In this document: piece after piece, positions 1 to 11,125 of the stretch | Layout: each line of letters opens with the position of its first letter | How positions within the stretch are numbered: the stretch's first letter is position 1 | NCBI RefSeq assembly: GCF_009914755.1 | Contig: NC_060925.1 | DNA: 64,000 nt | Reading direction: 5' to 3' (one strand) | DNA from: the human T2T-CHM13v2.0 reference genome, Homo sapiens | Made by a program: the position numbers and the translations under genes | The notes under the pieces: model-generated | Seen by the model: the letters and a program-made list of their open reading frames with translations, nothing else | Databases searched by the model: none | What the model was told of the DNA's origin: nothing

Positions 1-392
1 ACTGTATTGTTTTCCTTTTTTTGGAGGAGGAAGTTGGATGCTAGGGAAGTTTGCAGAATCTAGCTACATTCAGAGAGGTCTGTTCTCGAGTACAATGTTG
101 GAGGAGAATAGAAGCTTTTCCTCTCCTCCTGGTGTTTGGAATCCCTAATTCCCAACTGTAGAAGGAAAATATCAAGCAGGATATAAGGAAGACAAATAGT
201 AACTACTCCAAAATTAGCACTAAAAGGAAGTAACACTGTGCTTTGCTGAAAATTTAAGGTGAGGCAAAGGTTAAAATATCAGTATTCCTCTTGCACCTAT
301 TTCCATGAGAGATGCTTCCTAGAGGAAAGCTTTCATTTGTAAGTTCCAAGCACTGTAAGGGCTGCTTGAGCATTAGTTGAATGTTTCACATG

Positions 393-446
393 AACACACA
401 CATGCACACACACACACATGCACACACACACACACATGCACATACA
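393..446. repeat. (CA)n microsatellite interrupted by TG
   Basis: acacacacatgcacacacacacacatgcacacacacacacacatgcacatac. Confidence 0.9.
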
Positions 447-864
447 AGTTGCTGAAGTGGTTCTACTCAAGTAATTCAGCAGAAAGGTAGCAACATTTGA
501 ATGTTATCTTTAAAAAATAAAAAAAACCAACTAGGACATCTATGCCTCACATTTGGAAAGGGATAAAGGCTTACCTTTAGCTCAGTACTATTAATTATCA
601 TTTTTTCCTCGGCACTATTCTAAGTGCCCATAAGCCTATTTTGAGTATAATTTCCTGGCAGGCAATCATAATGTTTATGGGAACATCAAAGAATGGCAAT
701 AAATAAAATTGATAAGCCACATTAAAAATAATCCCCACTGGATTAAGATGGAGGATAGGAGGCAGTACTACCTTGCAGTTCATGCTCAGAAGGACAGAGC
801 AACCAACGTGTGGAGACGCACATCATGAACTTTTGCTCCAAGACCTACCACAGGAACATACCAG

Positions 865-1394
865 TGAGGACTTGGAGAACTTTTCTGTCTTACAAGAGGG
901 TTGTAAAAACGCACCAATCAGTGCTCTGTAATAATGCACCAATCAGTGCTCTGTAGCTAGCAAGAGGATTGTAAAGTGCACAAATCAGTGCTCTTTAAAA
1001 TGCACCAATCAGTGCTCTGTAAAACGCACCAATCAGTGCTCTGTAAAATGCAACAATCAGCGCTCTGTAAAACACACCAATCAGCAGGATCCCAAAAGTA
1101 GCCAATCACAGAGAGGATTGATAAAAGGGCATTCTGATAGGACAGAAATGGAACACGGGAGGGGACAAATATGGAATAAAACTGGCCACCCAAGCCAGCA
1201 GTGGAAATCCGTTCAGGTCCCCTTCCAAGCTGTGGAAGCTTTGTTCTTTTGCTCTTCACAATAAATCTTGATGCTGCTCACTCTTTGGGTCCATGCCGCC
1301 TTTAAGAGCTGTAACACTCACCATGAAGGTCCACGGCTTCATTCTTGAAGTCAGAGAGACCACAACTCACTGGAAGGAACCAACTCTGGACACA
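865..1394 (+). repeat. 5' LTR (LTR12F-like), lacking its first ~33 bp
   Basis: Tandem gcaccaatcagtgctctgtaaaa units, AATAAAA, ends ...ggacaca; homologous to 8184-8744. Confidence 0.92.
910..1110 (+). promoter_or_regulatory. LTR12 U3 CCAAT-box (NF-Y) tandem enhancer array
   Basis: 8 repeat units spaced 24-42 bp; intact CCAAT at 914, 939, 1005, 1029, 1077 and 1102. Confidence 0.75.
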
Positions 1395-1397
1395 TCT

Positions 1398-1415
1398 TAG
1401 GGGCTTGTCTAGGAT
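1398..1415 (+). other. Primer binding site, tRNA-Pro type (degenerate)
   Basis: taggggcttgtctaggat matches TGGGGGCTCGTCCGGGAT at 14/18 (all mismatches are transitions) and lies 3 nt after the LTR end. Confidence 0.75.
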
Positions 1416-2588
1416 ATCACCATGCGGTGAGTCCCATTGGACCCCTTTCACTTGCTATTCTGTCTTTTTTTACTTAGAATTCAGGGGCTAACCACCGGGC
1501 ACCTGTCGGCCAGTTAAAAGTGACTAGCATGGCTGCTGGACTAAAGACATGGGTGTCAGGCTTTCTGGGAAAGGGCTCTGTAACAACCCCCAACTTTTCA
1601 GAGTTGGGAGTGTTGGCTTGCCTGGAACCAGCTTCCACTTTTTCTGTACTTCCAGGCTGAGCTGAGGGTAGACCAAGAGGAAAGCCATTCAGCTCTGGGG
1701 TCCTGATAAAAAGTTGGTTGGCCCTACAGCCATGAGCAGAACTCTCAAAGTTACGTGTCTCAAACAAGATTTGTCCATCTATCCTATTTTTCCTGACCCT
1801 TGCCTCCTGGGTCCTAAAGCCTGTCAGACAAACTTCCTCCTGCTTCTCTTTTCTGAGGCTAGTCTTGCTTCTAAAAAACACTCCCTGTCTCTGGTGCTTT
1901 TCTAGTTTCTCCTATAAGAATGATTTCTAGTATAAATTTCCAGACCCTGTTCCCTTCTTTAGGCACTCAGCCTCACCAATCAGAAAGACATAATTTTTGC
2001 CCAAAGCCTTGTCAGTAGGGGGACTATCTGGAATTTTAGGATTCCTCCTCAGACTAGCAGGCCTAACAAAGTCTATTCCCAATGCTAGGGTATGGGGAGC
2101 CTCAGAAATTATAGACTCCAAAATTGGGGTAGACATCCTTCCTATTCATATGGTGAGAAGTGAGGACAAAAGGTGTCACTCTTTCAACCCTGATCCCTTC
2201 CCTCCCTCAGGTATGGCTCTCCACTCCATTTCAAGGCATATCATCTTTATAGGACAAGGGTAAGGTCCCAATACTAACAGGAGAGAACGTTTAGGACTCT
2301 AACAGGTTTTCGAGAATGCATCTGTAAGGGCCACTAAATCCGATTTTTCTTGGTCCTCTTTGTGGTCTAAGAGGAAAGGCAAAGGTGCAGGTTTTTGAGA
2401 AAGCATTGGTAAGGGCCACTAAATCTGACCTTCCTCAGTCCTCTTTGTGGTCTAGGAGGAAAACTAGTGTTTCTGCTGCTGCTTCGGTGAGTGCAACTAT
2501 TCTGAACAGCAGGGTCCAGGGACCATTGCAGGTTCTTGGGCAGGGAAAAAACAACAACAAAAAAAACATGGGTGTTTTTTTCTTTCAG

Positions 2589-4047
2589 ATGGGAAACACT
2601 CAGGCATCAACAGGCTAACCCTTGAAATGCATCCTAAGCCATTGGGACCAATGACCCACAAATCCTGAAAAAGAAGCAGCTTATTTTTTCTGCCCTTTGG
2701 CCTGGCCCCAATATTCTCTCTCTGATGGGGAAAAATGGTCACCTGAGGGAAGTATAAATTATAACACTATCCTGCAGCTTGACCTTTTCTGTAAGTGGGA
2801 AGGCAAATGGAGTGAAATACCTTATGTCCAAGCTTTCTTTTCATTGAAGGATAATCCACAACTATGCAAAGCTTACAATTTACATCCCACAGGAGGACAT
2901 CTCAGCTTACCTCCACATCCTAGCCTCCTTACAATTCCTCTTCCTATTAGTGATAAGCTTCCTCTAATCTCCCCCACCAAGAAGGAAACAAGCAAAGAAA
3001 TCTCCAAGGGACCACAAAACCCCCCGGGCTATCAGTTATATCCCCTTCAAGCTGTTTGGGGGGGTGGAATTTGGCCCAACCCGCGTACATGTCCCCTTCT
3101 CCCTCTCCGATTTAAAGCAGATCAAGGTAGACCTGGGGAAGTTTTCAGATGATCCTGCTAGTATATAGATGTCCTACAGGGTCTAGGGTAAACTTTCAAC
3201 CTCACTTGGGGAGATGTCATGCTATTGTTAAATCAAACCCTGGCCTTTAACAAAAAGAATGCAGCTTTAGCTGCAGCCTGAGAGTTTGGAGATACCTGGT
3301 ATCTTAGTCTAGTAAATTATAGAAGGACAGCTGAATAAAGGGACAAATTCCCTACTGGTCAGCAAGCCGTGCCCAGTATGGATCCCCACTGAGACCTCAA
3401 CTCAGATCATGGGGACTGGAGTTGTAAACATCTGCTGACCTGTGTTCTAGAAGGACTAAGGAGAATTAGGAAAAAGCCCATGAATTATTCAATGATGTCC
3501 ACCATAACTCAGGGAAAGGAAGAAAATCCCTCCACCTTCCTTGAGCAGCTATGGGAGGCGTTAAGTAAATATACTCCCCTGTCACTTGACTCTCTCAAGG
3601 GTCAATTGATCCTAAAAGATAAGTTTAGTACCCAATCAGCCACAGATATCAGGAGAAAGCTCCAAAAGCTAGCCCTGGGCCCTGAACAACATCTGGAGGC
3701 ATTATTAAACCTGGCAACCTTGGTGTTCTATAATAGGAACCAGGAGAAACAGGTCAAAAAGGAAAAGTGAGATAGGAGAAAGGCCACAGCCTTAGTCATG
3801 GCCCTCAGACAAACAAATCTTGGTGGTTAAGAGAGTACAGAAAATGGGACAGGCCAATCACCTGGTAGGGCTTGTTATCAGTCTGGTTTGCAAGGACACC
3901 TTAAAAAAAGATTGTCCAAAGAAAAACTAGCTGCTCCCTCGCCCATGTCCACTACACCAAGGCAATCATTGGAAAGCACACTGCCCCAGAGGACAAAGGT
4001 TCTCTGGGCCAGAAGCCCCCAACAAGATGATTCAACAATAGGACTGA
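2589..4047 (+). pseudogene. gag: ERV gag, disrupted by stops and frameshifts
   Basis: MGNTQAS start; MA-like ILQLDLFC..GKWSEIPYVQAFF; capsid QGKEENPSTFLE..L; degenerate zinc knuckle near 3870-3920; ends ggactga. Confidence 0.88.
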
Positions 4048-6702
4048 GGGTGCTCAGGGCAAGGACCAGCTCATGCTGTCACCCTCACAGAACCTGGGGT
4101 ACATTTAACTATTGAGGGCCAGGAAATTGACTTCTTCCTGGACACTGGCACAGTCTTCTCACTGTTAATCTCCTGCCTCAGATGGCTGTCCTCAAGGTCT
4201 GTTACCATCCGAGGAATCCTGGGACAGCCTGTAACCAGGTATTTCTCCCACCTCCTCAGTTGTAATTGGGAGACTTTTCTCTTTTCACATGCTTTTCTTG
4301 TTATGCCTGAAAGTCCAACACCCTTATTAGGGAGGGACATATTAGCCAAAGCTGAAGCTTTTATCTATATGAATATGGGGAACAAGTTACCCATTTGTTG
4401 TTCCCTACTTAAGGAGGGAATCAACCCTGAAGTCTGAGCATTGGAAGGACAATTTGGAAAGGCAAAAAATGCCCACCCAGTACAAATCAGGCTAAAAGAC
4501 CCCACCACTTTTCCTTATCAAAGGCAATATCCCTTAAGGCCTGGAGCTCATAAAGGATTACAGGATATTGTTAGAAATTTAAAAGCTCAAGACTTAGTAA
4601 GAAAATGCAGCAGTCCCTGCAACACCCCAATTCTAGGAGTACAAGAACTGAATGGTCAGTGGAGACTAGTGCAAGATCTTAGACTCATCAATGAGGCAGT
4701 AATTCCTCTATATCCAGTTGTACCCAACCCCTATACCCAGCTATCTCAAATACCAGAGGAAACAGAATGGTTCACTGTTCTGGACCTCAAGGATGCCTTC
4801 TTCTGCATTCCCTGCACTTTGACTCCAAGTTTCTCTTTGCCTTTGAGGATCCCACAGACCACACAGCCCAACTCACATGGATGATCTTGCCTCAAGGGTT
4901 TAGGGATAGCCCTCATCTGTCTGGTCAGGCACTGGCCCAAGATCTAGACCACTTCTCAAGTCCAGACACTCTGGTCCTTCAGTATGTGGATGATTTACTT
5001 TTGGCTACCAGTTTGGAAACCTCATGCCAGCAGGCTACTCTAGATCTCTTGAACTTTCTAGCTAATCAAGGGTACAAGGCATCTAAATTGAAGGCCCATC
5101 TCTGCCTACAACAAGTCAAATATCTAGGCCTAATCTTAGCCAGAGGAACCAGGGCCCTCAGCAAGGAACAAATACAGCCTATACTGGCTTATCCTCACCC
5201 TAAGACATTAAAACAGTTGTGGGGGTTCCTTGGAATCACCAACTTTTGCCAACTATGGATCCCCGAATACAGTGAGATGGCCAGGCCACTCTATAATCAA
5301 GGAGACCCAGAGGGCAAATACTCATCTAGTAGAATGGGAATCAGAGGCAGAAACAGCCTTCAAAACCTTAGCAGGCCCTAGTACAAGCTCTAGCCTTAAG
5401 CCTTCCCACAGGACAGAACTTATCTTTATACATCACAGAGACAGTGGGAATAGCTCTTGGAGTCCTTACTCAGACTCGTGGGACAACCCCACAGCCAGTG
5501 GCATACCTAAGTAAGAAAATTGAAGTAGTAGCAAAAGGCTGGCCTCACTGTTTATGGGTAGTTGAAGCAGTGGCCATCTCAGTATCATAGGCTATCAAAA
5601 TAACACAAGGAAAGGGTCTCACCATCTGGACTACTCATGATGTAAATGGCATACTAGGTGCCAAAGGAAGTTTATGGCTATCAGACAACTGCCTGCTTAG
5701 ATACCAGGTGCTACTCCTTGAGGAACTGGTGCTTCAAATATGCACACTTGCAGTCCTCAGCCCTGCCACTTTTCTCCCAGAAGATGGAGAACCAATTGAA
5801 CATGACTGCCAATAAATTGTAGCCCAGACTTATGCCTCCAGAGAGGATCTCTTAGAAGTCCCCTTAGTTAATCCTGACCTTAACCTACATACCAATGGAA
5901 GTTCATTTGTGGAGAATGGGATATGAAGGGCAGATTATGCTATAGTTAGTGATGTAACAGTAGTTGAAAGTAAGCCTCTTCCCACAGGGACCAGTGCCCA
6001 GTTAGCAGAACTAGTGGTGCTTACCCAAGCCTTAGAACTGGGAAAGGACAAAAGAATAAATGTGTATACAGATAGCAGGTATGCTTATCTAATCCTACAT
6101 GCCCATGCTGCAATATGGAAAGAAAGGGAGTTCCTAACCTCTGGGGGAGCCCCCATTAGATACTACAAGGAAATCATGGAGTTATTGCATGCAGTGTGAA
6201 AACCCAAGGAGGTGGCAGTCTTACACTGTCAAAGCCATTAAAATGGTGAAGGAGAAAAGGCAGAAGGAAACTGTCAGGCAGACACTGAGGCCAAAATTGC
6301 TGCCAGGAGGAATCTCCCATTAGAAATACCTATGGAAAGATCCTTGGTATGGAACAACCATCTCTAAGAGATTAAGCCCCAGTACTCCCTGACTGAAATA
6401 GAATGGGGACTTTCACGGGGGCATAGTTTTCTCCCCTCAGGGTGGTTAATGACAGAAGAGGGAAAGGCACTCATACCCGAAGCCAGCCAGTGGAAAATAC
6501 TTAAAACCCTCCACTAAACTTTTCATATGCGTATTGAGAACACTCAAGTGGCTGAATCCCTATTTACAGGGCCAAATCTCCTCTGGACCATCCCACAAGT
6601 AGTCAAAGCCTGTGAGGTGTGCCAAAGGAATAATCTCTTGGTCCACCATAAGGACCCTCTGGGGGAACAAAGAATAGGGCACTATCCCACAGAGGACTGG
6701 CA
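4048..6702 (+). pseudogene. pol: ERV pro-pol (protease, RT, RNase H, integrase N-terminus), disrupted
   Basis: FFLDTG at ~4132; WRLVQDLRLINEAV; FTVLDLKDAFF; LPQGFRDSP; YVDDLLL; VYTDSRYA; IN zinc finger CEVC; HYPTEDW. Confidence 0.92.
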
Positions 6703-8150
6703 TTTAGCCAACATCACCTATTACATGAGCAATGAAAAAACCATACACTGCCCTGTAACCATGAATACCATCTTAACTTTCCAAGCCCCTTTATGCATCC
6801 AATGCAACTGTTATCAGGCCTGCCTCTAGGACACCTACTATCCCATCAGTGTAATTACACCCTACAACTTCCAGCCCCTGCTGGTCATAGTAACTTCCGA
6901 GTCTCCCAAACAGCTACATTCAGATGGCTTGCCCACTTCTCAGGGCCCCCAAAAATCATCACTTCCTCCCTGCTTAACAAACAGCCTGTGTTTTGTAATG
7001 GCAAACATACTCCCTGTATCACCATTCACCTCTGGACCTCTGGACCCCCTGAAGCAGTGCCCCCACCACTAGTGAATGCCTTCTCATCCCCTCTTTCAAT
7101 TACTCTCTTGAATGGTTCCTAGTAGATACAAAACGGTTTTTTCTCCAGTGGGAAAATAGAACACAGGAAACCACTCAGTTTGCTCCCAATCCTCTTTCCA
7201 GCTGCTCACCGGAGCTACCTTGCAAGTATTCTAGGAGTATGGGAAAATGAAAACAACAAACTCACACACCTTTTTAACATACACAACCAGTTCTGTCTAT
7301 CCAGCCAAGGCATATTCTTATGTGGAACTTCAACCTATATCTTCCTCCCCACCAACTGGACAGGCACCCGGACCTTAGTCTTCCTAAGTCCCAACATTGA
7401 CATTGCCCCAGGAAATCAGACCCTATCAGTGCCCCTCAAAGCTCAAGTCCATCAGCACAGGGCCATACAACTAATACCCCTACTTATATGGTTAGGAATG
7501 GCCACTGCTACATTAACTAGAATAGCTGGTTTGTTCATTTCACTATCCTACTACCACACACTCTCAAAGGATTTCTCAGACAGTTTGTGAGAAATAACAA
7601 AATCTATCCTTACTCTAGAATCCTAAATAGACTCTTTGGCAGCAGTGACTCTCCAAAACTGCCAAGGCCTAGACCTCCTCACTGCTGAGAAAGGAGGACT
7701 TTGCACCTTCTTAGGGGAAGAGTGTTGCTTTTACACTAACCAATCAGGGATAGTAAGAGACACCACCTGGCATTTATAGCAAAAGGCTTCTGAAATCAGA
7801 CAATTCCTCTCAAACTCTTATGCCAAACTCTAGAGATGGGTGACATGGCTTCTCCCCTTTCTAGGTCCGGTGACAGCTATCTTGCTATTACTCGCCTTTG
7901 GGCCCTCTATTTTTAACCTCCTTGTCAAATTTGTTTCCTCCAGGATCAAGGGCATCAAGCTACAGATGGTCTTACAAATGGAACCCCAAATGAGCTCAAC
8001 TCACAACTTCTACTGAGGATTCCTGGATTGACCCACTGGCCCTTTGACTGGCCTAGATAGTTCCCCTCTGGAGGACACTACAACTGCAGGGCCCCTTCTT
8101 TGCCCCTATCCAGCAGGAAGTAACTAGAGCAGTCATCGCCCAATTCCCAA
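6703..8150 (+). pseudogene. env: ERV env (3' part of SU plus TM), disrupted
   Basis: FLCG..NWTG; fusion peptide RAIQLIPLLIWLG; immunosuppressive/CX6CC region [26 protein letters not shown] at ~7650-7730; TM anchor WLLPFLGP. Confidence 0.88.
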
Positions 8151-8172
8151 TAGCAGTTGGGGTGTCCTGTTT

Positions 8173-8182
8173 AGAGGGGGGA
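8173..8182 (+). other. Polypurine tract
   Basis: agagggggga just upstream of the TG start of the 3' LTR. Confidence 0.85.
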
Positions 8183-8183
8183 T

Positions 8184-8744
8184 TGAGAAGTGAAGCCAGC
8201 TGGACTTCCTGGGTCGAGTAGGCACTTGGAGAACTTTTCTGTCTTACAAGAGGATTGTAAAAACGCACCAATCAGCACTCTGTAGCTAGCAAGGGGATTG
8301 TAAAATGAGCCAATCAGTGCTCTGTAAAAATGCACCAATCAGTGCTCTGTAGCTAGCAAGAGGATTGTAAAATGCACCAATCAGCACTCAGTAAAATGTA
8401 CCAATCAGCGCTCTGTAAAATGTACCAATTAGCAGGATCCTAAAAGTAGCAAATCACAGGGAGGATTGTAAAAAGGGCATTCTGATAGGACAGAAACAGA
8501 ACATGGGAGGGGACAAATAGGGAATAAAAGTAGGCCATCCCAGCCAGCAGTGGCAACCTGCTTGCATCCCCTTCCATGCTGTGGAAGCTTTGTTCTTTTG
8601 CTCTTCACAATAAATCTTGCTGCTGCTCACTCTTTGGGTCTGTGCTACCTTTAAAGGCTGTAACACTCACCGCAAAGGTCTGTGGCTTCACTCTTGAAGT
8701 CAGTGAGACCATGAACCCACTGGAAGGAACCAACTCCAGACACA
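8184..8744 (+). repeat. 3' LTR (LTR12F-like), complete
   Basis: tgagaagtgaagccagctggacttcc ... ccagacaca; TG...CA termini; CCAAT array; AATAAA. Confidence 0.93.
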
Positions 8745-11098
8745 CTGTTGCAGGGTCATGGTGGGAGTGAGACTGGGCTTTAGGGCTGTAGGCTGTGTGG
8801 GAGTGGGGTGAGACCTATGACTACTGACTTCCCTCAACTCCTCTGGCGACCTGTATGACTCAGCTGAGGCAGCCATAATCCCCCTGCGAATGAATATAAC
8901 TCCATTGGACTGGGAAACACACCCCCATCTCCCATAGCAGCCACAGCAAGCCCTACCCAAGGAGAGGCTGAGCTCAGACACCCTTATCCCTGCCCCAACC
9001 TGAGGTCTTTCTCTACTGACCCTGGTAGCCAAGACAAAGGTCAATCTCTTGGGAGTTCTTTGGCCCTGCCTACCACCTGAGAAATGTGAATACTTAACCA
9101 GGTGTCTCTAGGGCAAGTTTGCATCCTCCCTATAGGATGACAGCTGATGTACTCTTGAAAGCGTCACCTGCTGGCTGGAGGCCAACCAACACAAAACCAA
9201 CACACTGAACAAAACACAACCAAGGACCATCATAGAGTCCACTTCACTCCCCTGCTACCTCCACCAGAGCAGATGCCGATATGCATGGATGAAAGACCCA
9301 AAGATGGATCACATCACAGGACTCTTTTCAGACATTCACACCTTGGTACCCAGCCCAGAGCCTGCTAGCTCCACTTGGTGGCTAGATCTAGAAAAGCAAT
9401 AATAATCACTACAGTTCAGCTCTGAAGAAGCCCCATTCCTAGGGAAAGGGAGAGAATACATATCAAGGGAGCACCCCATTGGACAAAATAATATGAAAAG
9501 CAGCCCTTGAATCCTAGATGTTTCCTCTGACATAGTCTACCCAAATGAGAAGGAACAAGAAAAATAATACTGGAAATATGACAAAATGAGGTTCTTTAAT
9601 ATCCCCCAAAAGATCATACCAGCACACCAGCAATGGATCAAAACCAAGGCAAAATTTCTGAATCGCCAGAAGAAAAATTCAGAAGCTCAATTATTAAACT
9701 AATCAAGGAGATGCTAGACCAAGGTAAAGTCCAAGAAAGGAGTCTAAACCATAATACAGAAGAATGTTCATGAAAGGAAAATTTTTAGTGAAATAGATAG
9801 CATAAATAAAAAACAATCACAACTTCTGGAAATCAAGGACACAGAGAAATGTAAAATACACTGGAAGGTCTCAGCAATAGAATCAAACAAGCAGAAGAAA
9901 GAACCTCAGAGCTCAAAGACAAGACTTTCAAATTAAACCAATCCATCGAGGACAAAGAAAAAAAGAATTTAAAAAATAGACAAAGCCTCCAAGAAGTATG
10001 GAAACTATGTTAAACATCCAAGCCTGAAAACAAATTGTGTTTCCAAGGAAGAAGAGAAATCTAAGTTTGGAAACATATTTGAGGGAATAATTGAGGAAAA
10101 CTTCCCCAGCCTTGCTAGAGATCTAGATATTCAAATAGAAGAAGCTCAAAAATCACCTGGGAAATTTAGCACAAAAAGATCATTCCCTAGGCACATAGTC
10201 ATCAGGTTATCTAATATCAAGACAAAGAACCTTAAGAGCTGTGAGGCAAAAGCATCAGGTAACCTATAAAGGAAAATCTATCAGATTAACAGCAGATTTC
10301 TCAGCAGAAACCCTACAAGCTAGAAGGGATTGGGGCCCTATCTTCATCCTCCTTAAAACAATTGTCAGCCAAGAATTTTGTACCCAGTGAAACTAAGCTT
10401 CATAATGAAGGAAAGATAGAGTCTTTTCCAGACAAATGCTCAGAGAATTCTCCACTACCAAGCCAGCACTACAAGAACTGCTATAAGAAGCTCTAAATCT
10501 TGAGACAAATCCTTGAAATACACCAAAATAAAACCTCCTTAAAGCATAAATCTCACAGTGCCTATATGGCAATATCACAGTATTAAAAAAACAAGGTATT
10601 CTGGCCACAAGTAACTTGATGAATAAAATAGTATCTCACATCTCAATACTAACATTGAATGTAAATAGCCTCAATGCTGTGCTTAAAAAATGCAGAATAG
10701 CAGAATGGGTAAGAATTCACAAAGCAAGTTACTCCTGTCTTCAAGAGACTCACTTAACACATAGGACTCACATGAAGTTAAGGTAAAGGGGTGGAAAAAT
10801 ATATTCCATGCAAATGGACACCAAAAGCAAGCAGGAGTAGCTATTCTTACATTAGACAAAACAAACTTTAAAGCAACAACAGTTAAAAAAGACAAAGTCG
10901 GACATTATATTATGATTAAAGGACTAGTCCAAGAGGAAAATATCACAATTATAAATATATATGCGCCTAACACCAGAGCTCCCAAATTTATAAAACAATT
11001 ACTACTAGACCTAAGAAATAAGATACATGGCTACACAATAATAGTGTGGGACTTTAATACTCCACTGAGACACTAGACAGGTCATCAAGACAGAAAGT

Positions 11099-11125
11099 CA
11101 ACAACAACAACAACAACAACAACAA
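11099..11125. repeat. (CAA)n microsatellite within old L1 ORF2
   Basis: caacaacaacaacaacaacaacaacaa. Confidence 0.85.

Larger units (their letters stand above)
865..8744 (+). mobile_element. HERV9-family endogenous retrovirus provirus (LTR12F-like LTRs), defective
   Basis: Two similar LTRs, PBS, gag, pro, RT (LPQG..., YVDD), RNase H, partial IN, partial env and PPT, in retroviral order. Confidence 0.93.

Noticed and set aside
900-1110. Regularly spaced ~24-bp direct repeats resembling a CRISPR array
   Set aside because: Units are contiguous with no unique spacers; this is the LTR12 U3 tandem repeat
957-1259. 100-aa minus-strand ORF with repeated WCxLQS motif
   Set aside because: Translation artefact of the LTR12 tandem repeat
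2290-2470. ~85-bp imperfect tandem repeat in the provirus leader
   Set aside because: Typical of HERV9/HERV-W-group leader regions
7180-7590. Possible syncytin-like functional env
   Set aside because: The env 5' part is deleted, there are multiple stops and frameshifts, and the furin site is degraded (HQHR)
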